A model generated the notes under the pieces. That model ran no database searches. It was given only the letters and a program-made list of their open reading frames with translations, and was not told the origin of the DNA. A stretch of 58,213 bases of DNA, counting the filler, from Basidioascus undulatus (Eukaryota): assembly GCA_000826855.1 (NCBI GenBank). It is 4 parts of 4 records of this genome, joined end to end, with 100 filler letters (N's around TTAATTAATTAA, not from the genome) between each part and the next. Parts side by side here need not be neighbours in the genome. Positions count along the whole stretch, not along the records: positions 29,199 to 43,664 come from JTLS01000725.1; positions 43,765 to 58,213 come from JTLS01000726.1; 2 more parts are not named here. One strand, given 5' to 3'. The position numbers were made by a program, and so were the translations under genes. Of this stretch, positions 40,121-52,329 are shown piece by piece; position 1 is the first letter of the stretch; the number at the start of each line of letters is the position of its first letter.

Positions 40121-42211
40121 ATTTACATATCACTTTCATGTAATTGTCCTGTCGCTGCTGAGTGACAGTGTAAGATGTCGCTGTTCTCCGTACAAGTAGC
40201 AGGCTTCCTCGCCCATTTGAACAACTCTCGTGCACCAAGTGACTACTGCCTAACTTGCCAAGCTTGCGCTTCTCATTGCTTTGTAGGCTTCTCCATGCTC
40301 TAGACGACCTTTTCCGGTGCGAAGCTGGTCAACGCTTTCATGGCACATGATGCCACATAAGAAGCCATTTGTGGTTCAATCTGACTATTTTATAGTAGCA
40401 GTAAAAGTTGGCTTGCGAATATATTTGACAGAGAGTAAACTCAGGGTGCATCGATACAAGGAGGCCATTGAGGAGACCACGACTGCCCCAGTGCGACAGT
40501 GCAAGGCAACCTCAGAAGACGAGGGATACGCAAGTACCGCATTTCAACGAGCCATTCAACCTCAACTAGCCATTCACCCAATAAAACTACACCTCCCAAG
40601 AAGCTGAAGACCCCACCCGCTTTCCCGTCGCCCTCACACCTCAGAACGCCCCATCCAACCCCTCCCTAAGCCATCGGGACGTGTACGACTGGATGACTCA
40701 AGGGCGGGATTGAAAAGCGCTGCGGTTGCTAGGGACCGCACGTTCCGAAGGGCATCCGTTGGCACGAGGCCAGGCACTTCTGGAACATGAAACTTGGCTG
40801 CTGGCAACGAATACTTGCAGGCCTCTTCATCAGAAAATGACTCGGAGAGCATCGACACTCCCCTGCAGAGAGTGAACCGCAAAGTCCGGTCCTCTTCTTC
40901 TGCTGTTGGAATGCAGTCTGACCTTACCTGAGCTATATTATAGTCTCGCTTCCACCATTTGGGCAGTTCGCGACTGGGCAAAGAGTCGGCGTCTCGACTT
41001 CCGTAGCGTTAAAAAAGTCCCGCAGGCCAAGCGCAGCACTCAATTTTCGCGGCTACTAAGAGGCATTTAGCCTAACATATTGACCTTTCAGAATCAATAA
41101 ATATCTTACGAAGCCCAAGAACAGATTTTTCGACCTTCTACAAACCTGCTGCCATCCTCGATGATTTTCATTGCTCCGACAACCGCCATTGACACGCGAA
41201 GCCCAGGAAGCGAAACAACAAAGTCCTCTTACTCAAGCTTTGATTTCTTCGGGGAGCCCTAGATCTGCTGTCTGCAAACCCTCTCAAGAACGAGATCCAG
41301 GCGGCGCCTTTCCCACAGGCAGCGAGGATACGGTTCTCGACGTCGGCAGTGGCCACGAGACCGAGCGAGAACTCGGCAGCCCACTGGACCTGTCAGAAAA
41401 ACGTGGGGATTAAGATACCTTGCTTTTTCAGTGGAGTTAAACTATTGAAAGGTGACAGGCCATACCGTTAGGTACCCAAGGCCAAAGCAGCTGCGAACAG
41501 TGCAGAAGTGATGTAAGTCGCGGCGCTTCGCAGCCAACGTCTGCAGGGGTTCCAGGCGACTCGGACGTTCTCGTGCCCACTAAGGGGAAAGAAACAAAGG
41601 AGGGTAGTGGTCTGGTAGTAGGTGATACTGGCAGGCAAAGAGACGTTCCGCTCACAAGTTCCTTGTGAAAATTTGCCCGCATGGACTCAGTGGTGCAGCC
41701 TTCGACCCAAATCAGCCATTAATAAGAAACTTGATGCAGAAATAATCTCTGAATTATACACAGAGTAATCAGAGTCTGTATGCTCTCGAGCGGTTTACAA
41801 ACCCATCTTGATCCACCATGGAAACCCGGTCCGGCATGCAATGACAATCTTGCGAGGCCAGACTTTTAACCCCGAGGCACAGTCATCTCCGGATGCAAGA
41901 CCCACTCCTACATTCCATATATGGTACTGTGTAACATCATAAGAAACATCTTCCCTACCAAGTGACCATCGCCAACTGCTCCAGGGGAGAGTGGAGCGGG
42001 TGTTCCCCCTCGTAGGGCGCACGACGCCCTTGAACTTTCCATCGTTCCAATTTTGGAGACCTCTTACTCATTGATCAACCAAGCATAACGTTCTTGCAAC
42101 TCCGCTTCTCCCCGGGGCCTCGCTACGTTGGTTCTTGCCGGCACTTTGCATGAACCACCGGCACCGCCGCCCCGTAAGTGGTTCAGTATTCCTTTTCCTT
42201 TCCTCACCATC

Positions 42212-42313
42212 GTCTTCTTCGCACAATTGGTTAGCGCGTCCGGCTGTTAATCAGGAGGACAAGTTTTGGCCTCCTTGAAGGAGGTGATGAGGGTCAGCCT
42301 GCGATGTGAAGCC
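42212..42313 (+). pseudogene. Decayed tRNA-Asn(GTT)-like sequence
   Basis: 5' half GTCTTCTTCGCACAATTGGTTAGCGCGTCCGGCTGTTAA resembles a tRNA-Asn D arm and anticodon. A hairpin follows, there is no intact GTTCRA T loop, and a T-run lies downstream. Confidence 0.55.
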
Positions 42314-43664
42314 ACCACCCGGCTTGCCCCTCTTTTCTTTTCTGACTTTTTTATTTTTTGTGTAAGGATAACAGTTGTTTTAGGAGGACTCAGTCTCCTG
42401 TGCAAAGCGGGTAAGGCGGTCACTGTCAAAGAGCTTTCACCACAACTGCAGTCAGCGTGCATATGTCTGAACTGTGTCTCTCATGGCCTTCCATACCACT
42501 TTCCTCTAGTTTTCGGTTCCTGTAGCCCCTAGAAGCCTCTTAAGTCTCACTGAGAGCCCAAAGGAACAAACAACACTAGGTTACGGCCAAGCACCAGCGG
42601 CAGTAAGTGCGGCTGCAGGCGGCTGCACTCACTCAAGCTGTCGTCTGGCAAGCCTCAGCCTCAGACGAGCATGCGTTGATCTGAATCTATTGTGCACCGT
42701 TCAGCAGCAGACTTGCGCTGCTACAGCTTTCGTTGATGGACGCCGATGAGGCTGCCTGGGGCCGATGTCCAGTCTCTGCAGGCTGCAAAGCTCTCGGTGC
42801 CGGGCACAGCTGCGGAGGGTCGGCGACCGAGCAACCGAAGAAGACCGTGAAGAATTTGGCAGGGAAATGAGAATATGTCAGAAAGCTCGAGAATATATGT
42901 AGTTGAATGTATGCAGACAAGCTGCAACGCAACGCAGGAAGAGCAAGCAGGAAGAAGACGGCGTCACGCGTACAGGCATGTTCCTCAGGGTCGTCGTGTT
43001 CGTCGCACTTGTGCCCACCACCGGAGCTTGCACACCATCCGGGTATCTTACTTGCCACCCTGTATCAGCGAGATATGGTTCGAGGCAGCGCAGTTGCTGG
43101 TTGCGTTGGAGGAAGCCGGCCGAACTATGTCACGCCACTTACCTCAACAGGCCACCACCACTTCGCTGTGCGAAACTTGCTCGCGAGATATGTTGAGATA
43201 CGGTGTTTGTTTCTGCGTTTCAGAGTTGTTGCGATGCAGTCGCTGTGGCGTGCGTAGGGTCGTATCGATTGCCATGACGCTCTTGCGACGGTGCTCAGGC
43301 CGGGAGGGGAGTGCCCAGGATGCAGATGATTGGGTGTGAATGGCAGCAGAAGAGACTACGGGAAGAATAGAGAGAATGAAGGGTGACGGTGGTGGTGGGC
43401 TGTGTGTGAAAAATATTCGTCAATGTGCGAGTCGGAAAGCGGTGGAGGGCTGCACGGTTCTTGGCAAGGGCGCTGATCCGTCGCCGTCGCCTGCTCGGCG
43501 TGGTGCGCTTGCCAACTGCGCAGGTGGGCTTGCCTCCTGCCCTCGCCGTCGTCGTTACTTGCACCGTGCTCGCCGCGGCCCCCCTCACTGCCGCCATTGC
43601 GCACGCTCTAAAATACCTCAACCCAGACAGGACAGGCAATCATAAGCGATGAGGAGAAGGATTT

Positions 43665-43764
43665 NNNNNNNNNNNNNNNNNNNNNNNNNNNNNNNNNNNN
43701 NNNNNNNNTTAATTAATTAANNNNNNNNNNNNNNNNNNNNNNNNNNNNNNNNNNNNNNNNNNNN
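43665..43764. other. Artificial contig spacer
   Basis: 44 N + TTAATTAATTAA + 44 N. Confidence 0.97.
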
Positions 43765-43777
43765 AGGGCAAAAGAAA

Positions 43778-43860
43778 TGGACATATCCGGAATTGAACCG
43801 GAGACCTCCTCCACTCAGCTAATGCTAAGAAGGCGTGATAAGCCACTACACCATATGCCC
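43778..43860 (-). tRNA. tRNA-Ala(AGC) with a 9-nt intron (43814-43822)
   Basis: Reverse complement folds: acceptor GGGCATA/TATGTCC with the G3:U70 Ala identity pair, anticodon stem CCTTC/GGAGG, loop TT-AGC-A[TTAGCTGAG]T, T arm TCCGG-TTCAATT-CCGGA, followed by TTTCTTTT. Confidence 0.95.
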
Positions 43861-44344
43861 TATGTCAACATTTATCAATGTGAATTACCCGTGCTAATGT
43901 ACAATTGCTCCGACACCGTACACACACACCCCCACCGTGCGGCCAAGTGCGGCTCTGACTCGAACGAGCCATCAGAATAAATATCATTGCCGTTTTTGTG
44001 CATTGTGTTTCACATCTCACGAGTCACAAGGGTTGCGCCGTCCAGCCGCGACGCTGCAGCACAGACTCGCACGCAGAGCGCTACACTTTGGCAGACTGGA
44101 TGAAGTATAGGTGTTATTTTAGGGTAATTCTCTACCAACGCTGTATTGATATACTTGATGCAGCTGTTAATTGCAAGCGACTGCAGGGGCAGCAAAATGG
44201 CCACAGCGCAGCAGTGCCTGAAACAACAGTCACAGGCTCGGGCGACGGCGACGCGCGAAGGCGACGCGCTGGCCGCAGCTCGCAGCTCACCCTCAACCGT
44301 CACCGTCACCTCCTCCTCCCAATCTCCCGCTAACCCCGCGGGCC

Positions 44345-47300
44345 ATGGCATCTCCGCCGTCAATACCGCAGATCGTCATCGAGCCCACGCCCGATGCCGA
44401 GCCCAAGTTTCCGCCCGACCTCCCACCCAAGGGGCCGGGTGCGGAGGAGCCCAAGGCGGAGCCTGAGGCGGAGGGCGCGCAGTCGATGGAGGACGTCAGC
44501 TTGAGCGATGGCGCGCCGGAGCAAACCGATGGAAACGGCGCGGAGAAGGGGTGCGATGGGGAGGAGCTGCAGCCGACCCCGCCGTCTGAGGCAGCAGCAC
44601 CAGCACCAGCACCAACAGCGGCAGCAGCCCCTCCCCCGCCCCCAGCGTCGTCCTCGCACCGCTCAACGGCGTCCGTAGCCTCCACGGCATCCCTCCCCAC
44701 ATCTACAACGACCGCACCCTCGACCCACCCCTCCGCTTCCCTCCTCCTCTCCTCCCTCGACGCTCTCGCCCAGACCCGCGAGGGGCACAAGCCGCCGCTC
44801 TCAACCGCGCTCACAGCCGCACGCAACTCGCTCACCTCCTCCTCCCCGGATCCACGCACGCTCTTTGAACCCCTCCGCCTGGGCACCCACTCCAAGGCCA
44901 CCGCCGGCCTCGCCCTCGACGGGATCGCAAAGCTCGTCGGCAGCGCATACTTTACGCCCGCGCTTGGCGTCACCCGCCCTCTGCCGGACGCGGAGGGCCA
45001 GGGCCAGGCGGGCGAGGGGGCCAAGACGCTCGCGGACGTCGTCACCGAGACGGTGTGCGAGTGCTTCCCCACAAACGGCTCCGGCGACGACCGCGTCCAG
45101 CTCCAGATCGTCAAGGCCCTCCTCGCCATCGTCCTCTCCTCCCCGCCGAGCCCTACCACCGCCCAGCCCACTTCTCTCATCCACCACTCGACTCTCCTCG
45201 CCGCCGTACGCACCGTCTACAACGTCTTTCTCCTCGGCAAGGACCCCGCGAATCAGATGGTCGCGCAGGCCGGCCTCACCCAGATGGTCAACACTGTCTT
45301 CTCCCGCGTCCGAGCGACGCCCCGACCCCCACCCTCTCGTAGGGGATCAGGAAGGGCCACTCCTGCGCCGAGGGAGAGTCCGAGGGACGAGCAACCAGCC
45401 CCGGCCGATATCCCCCTTCCCCCGCCGACGCCCACCGAGGACGCCCCCGCGCCCAACGGCCTACCCAAGTCCGAGTCCAAGCCCGACCTCCCCGAAGCAG
45501 GCGAGAAGATGACTCTGTGGGTGTCCTCCTTCCTTCTACCTTCCCGCTCCATCTGGCTAACCTTCGCTCTTACCCCTCAGGCAAACGTTCGAGCGCCGCC
45601 GGTCCTTCGACGCGTCCTCCATGTCCGGGGCTGACCCGCTGCAGGCGCCGCCTCTCCCAGCCGAAGAGGGCGCGCATGTGTCCGAGGAGGAGATCCTCGT
45701 CAAGGACGCGTTTCTCGTCTTCCGCGCGCTCTGCAAGCTCAGCATGAAGCCGCTGCAGTCGGACAGGTGTGCTTCCCCTCTCCCCTTGTCCCTCCTCCAT
45801 CGCACAAGCTGATCTGCTCCTCCCTCCTCACCTCAGCGACGCCTCCCCGCGCTCGCCCGCCTTCCGCTCCAAGCTCCTCTCGCTGCACCTCATCCACGCG
45901 ATCCTCTCCGCGCACATGGCGCTCTTCACCGACCCCGCCATCGTCCTCTTCTCGTCCACGCGCGAGCCGACCCAGTTCCTCCAGGCCGTCAAGCAGTACC
46001 TCTGTCTCTCCCTGAGCAGGAACGCCGTCAGCCAGGCGCCCCAGGTGTTTGAGATCAGCGTCGAGATCTTCTGGAGGGTGTTGAGGGGCATGCGGGGGAA
46101 GCTCAAGGTGCGTTCCTCTTCCCTTGAATGGAGAGCAAGTGAGAAGCGGATGCTGAGGAGATTGCCGATGGGACAGCGCGAGATCGAAGTCCTCCTGCAC
46201 GAGATCTTCCTCCCCATCCTCGAGCTGCGCAACACCTCGGTGACGCGCCTCAAGTCTATCCTCGCCTCGACGCTGCTCGCGCGCCTGTCGGCCGACCCGC
46301 AGGCGCTCGTCGAGCTCTACCTCAACTACGACTGCGACCGCACCGCGCTAGACAACATCTACGAGCACCTCATGAACGTCGTTTCCAAGCTCGTCGGCTC
46401 CCACGGCGCCATCGCTCCCTCCTCCCCCTCCCTCTCTTCGTCCACCTCCGCCCCGCACCTCGCGGACCTCCCCCCGAGCTTGAGCACCGCCGCGCTCGCA
46501 CTTCCCCACCCGGACCCGACCACCTCCGGCAGCGCAGCGGACAAGACCGCCGCGCAGCAGGCCCTCGAGGGGAAGCTCAAGCGCCAGGCGCTCGAGGTCC
46601 TCGTCGCCGTCCTCGCATCTCTCGTCGCCTGGGCCGAGCGCGGCGGCGTCCCCGGCGCAGTCCCAGAGGCCGCCGAGCCCCCTCGCGCGAGTGAGGACGA
46701 CGCGACTGCCAGCCCTACGGTTGACTACGCGCCGAACCAGCGCAGCGGGACAAGCACACCCGACCTTGGCGCTGCGCTCGGGGACGACCCCACGCAATTT
46801 GAGAGCGCCAAGCAGCGCAAGACGACTCTCATGGAGGGGATCAAGAAGTTTAACTTCAAGCCGAAGAGGGTGCATCGCGGGCATGGACATGCAAGGAAGG
46901 AAAGGACGGACGGTGCTGATGCATGGTTGAGGGGAGGTTAGGGCATCCAGTTCCTCATCGACACGGGCTTCATCCGGAGTCGCAAGCCGCGGGACATCGC
47001 CCAGTTCCTGCTCACCGCCGACGGGCTCAACAAGGCGCAGATCGGGGAGTACCTCGGCGAGGGGTGCGTTTCTTCTCTTCTGTCTTTCTTACCTTGAGTA
47101 ATCGACAACGAGTAATTGACACGGTGGTTGGGGCCTTGCAGCGAGGACGAGAACATCGCGATCATGCACGCGTTCGTGGACCTCATGGACTTCTCTGGCC
47201 AGTCCTTCGTCGACGCGCTCCGCGTCTTCCTCCAGAGCTTCCGCCTCCCCGGCGAGAGCCAGAAGATCGACCGGTACATGCTCAAGTTTGCGGAGCGCTA

Positions 47301-50300
47301 CGTCCAGGGCAACCCGACCACGCTGTTCGCGAATGCCGGTGCGTATTGCCCCGAGGATGCGGGATGCGAGACGTGGGTTGCTGATGAGAGGAACGGGATG
47401 CCATTTGGGATGGGGAGCAGACACCGCCTACGTGATGGCGTACTCGGTCATCCTCCTCAACACGGACGCGTACAACCCGCAGAACAAGCGGCGGATGACT
47501 AAGGACGAGTTCATCCGCAACAACCGCGGCATCAACGACGGCGCGGACCTCCCCGAGGAGTACCTCTCGGGCGTGTACGACGAGATCCACTCGAACGAGA
47601 TCAGGATGAAGGACGAGGTTGAGGCCGCCCTGCCGTCCGCGCTCCCGCCCTCGGGCATGGGCATCGTTGTCGGCGCGCTCAGCGGCGCCGCCGGGAGGGA
47701 CTTCCAGAAGGAGGCGTATGTCCTGCGCAGCGAGGGGATGGCGAATAAGACGGAGGTTCGTCGTTACGTCGAGGGGTTGTTGGGCGCGGCTGACCTTCTA
47801 CGCGCGTACAGGCCCTCTTCAAGACGATGCTGCGTTCGCAGCGGCGCGGGGGCGCAAAAGCGCCCGAGACGTTCTTCAGCGCGTCGCACTTCGAGCACGT
47901 CCGGCCGATGTTCGAGGTCGCCTGGATGGCCTTCCTCTCGGGCGTGTCGGGCCCGCTGCAAGAGACGGACGACCCCGAGACGATCGCGCTCTGTCTGTCC
48001 GGGTTCGCGAACGCGATCAAGATCGCATGCCTGTTCGACCTCGAGCTTGAGCGCAACGCGTTTGTCACGACGCTCGCCAAGTTCACGTTCCTCAACAACC
48101 TCGGCGAGATGAAGCCGAAGAACGTCGAGGCTATCAAGGCGCTCCTCGAGGTCGCCGAGCGCGAGGGCAACTACCTCAAGGGCAGCTGGAGGGAGGTCCT
48201 CAACTGCGTCAGCCAGCTCGAGCGCTTCCAGCTCATGGGCACCAGCGCGGAGCGGGCGGCGGACGTGCGGAGAGCGTGCGTTCTCCTTCTTTCCTCTCCC
48301 CGTTTCCCCCCTTCGGCCCCGAGCGTGTGTGCTAACGTGGAGCTTCATAAATAGGTCGACCGGCGGACGACAGTCAATGCAGGCATCCCGCCAGCAGCTG
48401 CCCTCGAAGGAGGTCGCGGCTGACGGCCGCTCGATCCAGATCTCGGGACGCGCCGACCTCGTCTTCTCCAACAGCCAGAAGCTCTCTGGGGTGCGTTTCC
48501 GGCAAGGCTCCGCACCTTTGCCTTACCTCCTGTATGCTAACATCAACATGGGGTGTTTGTCTCGTGCAGACGGCCATCGTCGACTTCGCACAAGCGCTCG
48601 CGGACGTCTCGTGGGAGGAGATCATGTCCTCGGGTCTGTCCGACCGTCCGCGCCTTTTCAGCCTCCAAAAGCTCGTCGACATCTCGTACTACAACATGAA
48701 CCGGATTCGGCTCGAGTGGTCGAAGATCTGGGTCACGCTCGGGGATCACTTCAACAAGGTCCGTCGGCGCTCACCCGTCCCCCTGTCGCTCCCAATCACG
48801 GCACCGCTCGCCATCGCCCTTCTCTCGCTAGCTGGGTTTACACAGTCGAGCTAACTGGTCGTGATGCGCGGGAATAGGTCTGCTGCCATAGCAATCCGGC
48901 CGTCAGCTTCTTCGCGATCGACGCCCTGCGGCAGCTCGCGATGCGCTTCTTGGAGAAGGAGGAGCTCGCGCACTTCGGCTTCCAGAAGGATTTTTTGAAG
49001 CCGTTCGAGCACACGATGGTGCACAACCCCCACCCCGACGCGAGGGATATGGTGCGTTGTCGTTCGCGCGCGCGCGTGGTCGGCGGCTGATTCTCGGGAC
49101 CGGACGCTGATGCTGGTGGCATTTCCCAGGTCCTGCAATGTCTCCACCAGATGATCCAGGCTCGGGCGCAGAACATCCGGTCCGGCTGGCGGACCATGTT
49201 CGGTGTGTTCTCCGCTGCGTCGAAGGTCACGAACGGTACGCCCTGTCCTCGTTGCCGCTTGTTGTCGGGCGTCCAAGCTGAACGGGGCGTTTCAACGGTG
49301 GGGCTGAGCAGAGCGCGTTGTCAGCCACGCGTTCGACATCGTCGCGCGCATCAACCGCGAGCACTTCGGGTCCATCATCCGCTTCGGCACGTTCGCGGAT
49401 CTGACCGTGTGCATCACCGACTTCTGCAAGGTCACGTACCAGCGCGTCAGCCTCCAGGCGATCGCCATGCTTCGCGGCGTCATCCTCGCCATGCTCTCTT
49501 GCCCGGAGTGCCCGCTCAGCCGACCGGACTCGGGCGCGTCAACGCCGATCGAGAATGGCGCGGCGCCGCCGGTAGATGGTGCGTTCATCGCGCTTTGAGT
49601 CGAGGAGACGTGGTACTCACGAGACGAGGGTGCGCGGCAGATCCGATGATCAAGTACTGGTTCCCCGTGCTATTCAGCTTCTGTGCGATAGTCTTCAGAA
49701 GGTTTTTGGCCGGCGGGTACTGACGTCAAGTCCCATCCAGTCGACATCATCATGAACGGCGACGACCTCGAGGTCCGACGACTGTGAGGCCGCGGTTCCC
49801 CTTCCGCAATCACGCACGATCGCTGATGCTCGCCAATTACAGCGCGCTCGACTCGCTCTTCGACACGCTCAAGCAGTACGGCTCGACTTTCCGTCCCGAC
49901 TTCTGGGACACGGTCTGCCAAGAGGTGCTCTTCCCGATCTTCGCCGTGCTCAAGTCGACGTCGGACGTGTCGCGCTTCAGCACGAGCGAAGACATGACCG
50001 TCTGGCTGTCGACGACGATGGTCCAGGCGCTGCGGAACCTCATCGACCTCTACACGCACTACTTCGACACGCTCGAGCGCACGCTCGACGGTCTCCTCGA
50101 CTTGCTCCGCGCGTGCATATGCCAAGGTGCGGCTGCAGCGCGGGACCGAGGGGTGGGTTGGTTGGGTGATACTGAGCAAAGGGGACAGTATGCAGAAAAC
50201 GACACGCTCGCAAGAATAGGAACGTCCTGCTTTCAGCAGCTGCTCGAGCAGAACGTCCACAAGCTCAACGCCGACCGATGGCAGCGCATCGTCTCTACCT

Positions 50301-51453
50301 TCATCCAGCTGTTCAAGACGACAACTGCGCACCAGCTGTTCGACGAGTCCCTCCGCTCCGAGCAGGATCCTGCATCGCCAACCACTACTGGCACGCTGAC
50401 CGCGAACGGTACGTCGCTGTTCGGAAGGACTTGAGCGCATACCGTATTCTAAAGCCTCTGTCCGATTTCTCAGGCACCGCTTCCGTCAACGGCTTCGCGC
50501 CGCCCACGGCGCCGCTCACGCCCGGGCCCGAGAGGGGCGTGCCCCCGGCGCTGACGGACGACGCTGCGGCTCCGGTGCCCGTCGACCGCCGGCGGGCGTT
50601 CAAGCAGATCATCGTCAAGTGCGTGCTGCAGTTGCTTCTCATCGAGACAACGCACGAGCTCCTCGCGAACGACGATGTGTATAACACGATCCCGCCCGAG
50701 CACCTCCTCCGCCTTATGGGCGTCCTCGACGACTCGTACGTCTTTGCGAGGAAGTTCAACGCGGACCAGGAGCTGCGCATGGCGTTGTGGAAAGTCGGTA
50801 CGTCGCGCGATGGGGCACCTGCAAAGGCGGGCACGGCGCGCTGATGCAGTGTGGGGTCGATAGGCTTCATGAAGCAGCTCCCGAACCTGCTCAAACAGGA
50901 GTCAAGCAGCGCTAGCACGCTCGTCACCGTCCTTCTCCGGATGTACAATGACCCGCGGCCAGAGCACCGCGGCCGCCGGAAGGAGGTGACCGAGACGCTT
51001 GTCCCGTGCGTCGTTGGATTCCTATCTTGCTTGCCTTGTCTGCGTCGAAGATCTCTGATCAACGATGATGGTCATCGTGTGTTCCACAGCCTCGGCCTGG
51101 ACGTCATGCGCTCGTTCAACGCCCTCGACGCGGAGACTAAGCACAGGAACATTGCCGCCTGGACGCCCGTCGTCGCCGAGATCCTCGCGGGCTTTTGCAC
51201 GTTCGACGATGAGACTGTGCGTCCTCCCTGACCCTCGTCCCCTTTTCCGCCGCCTCCCTTCCAACTTCCCTTTCCTGCCTCCTTGTCTTGCGCACCTCGA
51301 TACTAATGCCCCGTGAGACCTCTTCAGTTCGGCGCGTACCTCCCGCAAATCTACCCCGTCGCGACGGATGTGCTCGGGCGGGAGATAGCGTCCGAGGTGC
51401 GCGAGGCCCTCCGCAAGTTGTTTGTGCGCGTGGGCGCGTTGAAGGGGCTTTAG
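44345..51453 (+). CDS. SEC7: Large Arf guanine-nucleotide exchange factor Sec7 (BIG family), multi-exon
   Basis: DCB '[10 protein letters not shown]', '[16 protein letters not shown]', HUS box 'LYLNYDCD', Sec7 domain 'FNFKPKRG', 'IGEYLGE', '[12 protein letters not shown]', '[10 protein letters not shown]', HDS '[18 protein letters not shown]', 'NIRSGW', 'LPNLLKQES'. TAG at 51451-51453. Confidence 0.97.
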
Positions 51454-52329
51454 CCGTCTCTGCCGCCTCTGCATCCTTCCGTCTCTCTCTTTCGGTCTGA
51501 CTGTCCCTTCTTATATACTAGCTGTCGGCGCATTTCGCCTGCCCTTTCTTATCTCCTTGCATGCTGCATTTCCTAGTCTCCCGTTATTCGCTTCGCTCGA
51601 CGCTACATGTTTCTACCTGTGATGGTTTCTCATTCGTTCGTCCGTTCGTTTATCTACGATTGTAAACTTCTTTACATACATGGGCGAGTGTGATCACGGA
51701 GCTTGGCTATCTGTCTATGTTTATGGAAATGCTCGAAGCCGATTGCTCGCTCTCACGCTCTCATGCTCCGTCTTCAATGGGCTGGTTGTTCACCGCATGT
51801 GGACAACATTCGTCCGCCTTCACACACCTACCAGCCATGACAACGGTGGAGCACCAATGGTCGCCAAGCTCCCTCACGCAGCCCAAATACTCGACGGGGC
51901 TGCAGGCCCAGCAGGTCGGGAGCGCAGGGTGCCGGACAGCAGTGGATGCGGATAAGATCTGGCGGCCCGGTGAGAGATGCCGACGTCCGTGGGCCCATGG
52001 CACACCCTCAACCTGCAGGTCGCACGAGGGGTGGACGTGGGCTCCGAAGGGAGGAAGCTGCAGTCGAGAACCGAGATATCAGACGAGAGCCGCGGTGCAA
52101 CATCAGCGATAGTGACGAGAAGCTCGACCTTCATTTCTCTTTCCTTCGGCTCCGCAAATTCAGTGCTTCGAGACCTCAAGAAAGACAGTCTCCTGCAACA
52201 GTCGTGTAGTTCAGGTTTCAATGTGCAAAGCGAAGCGACGCCAGCACACTTTAGCGACGTGTGCCGTACGACAAGCAATATGGAGCAGAAAGATACATCG
52301 TTGGTAAAGGGAGCGTGACTACCTAGGGA

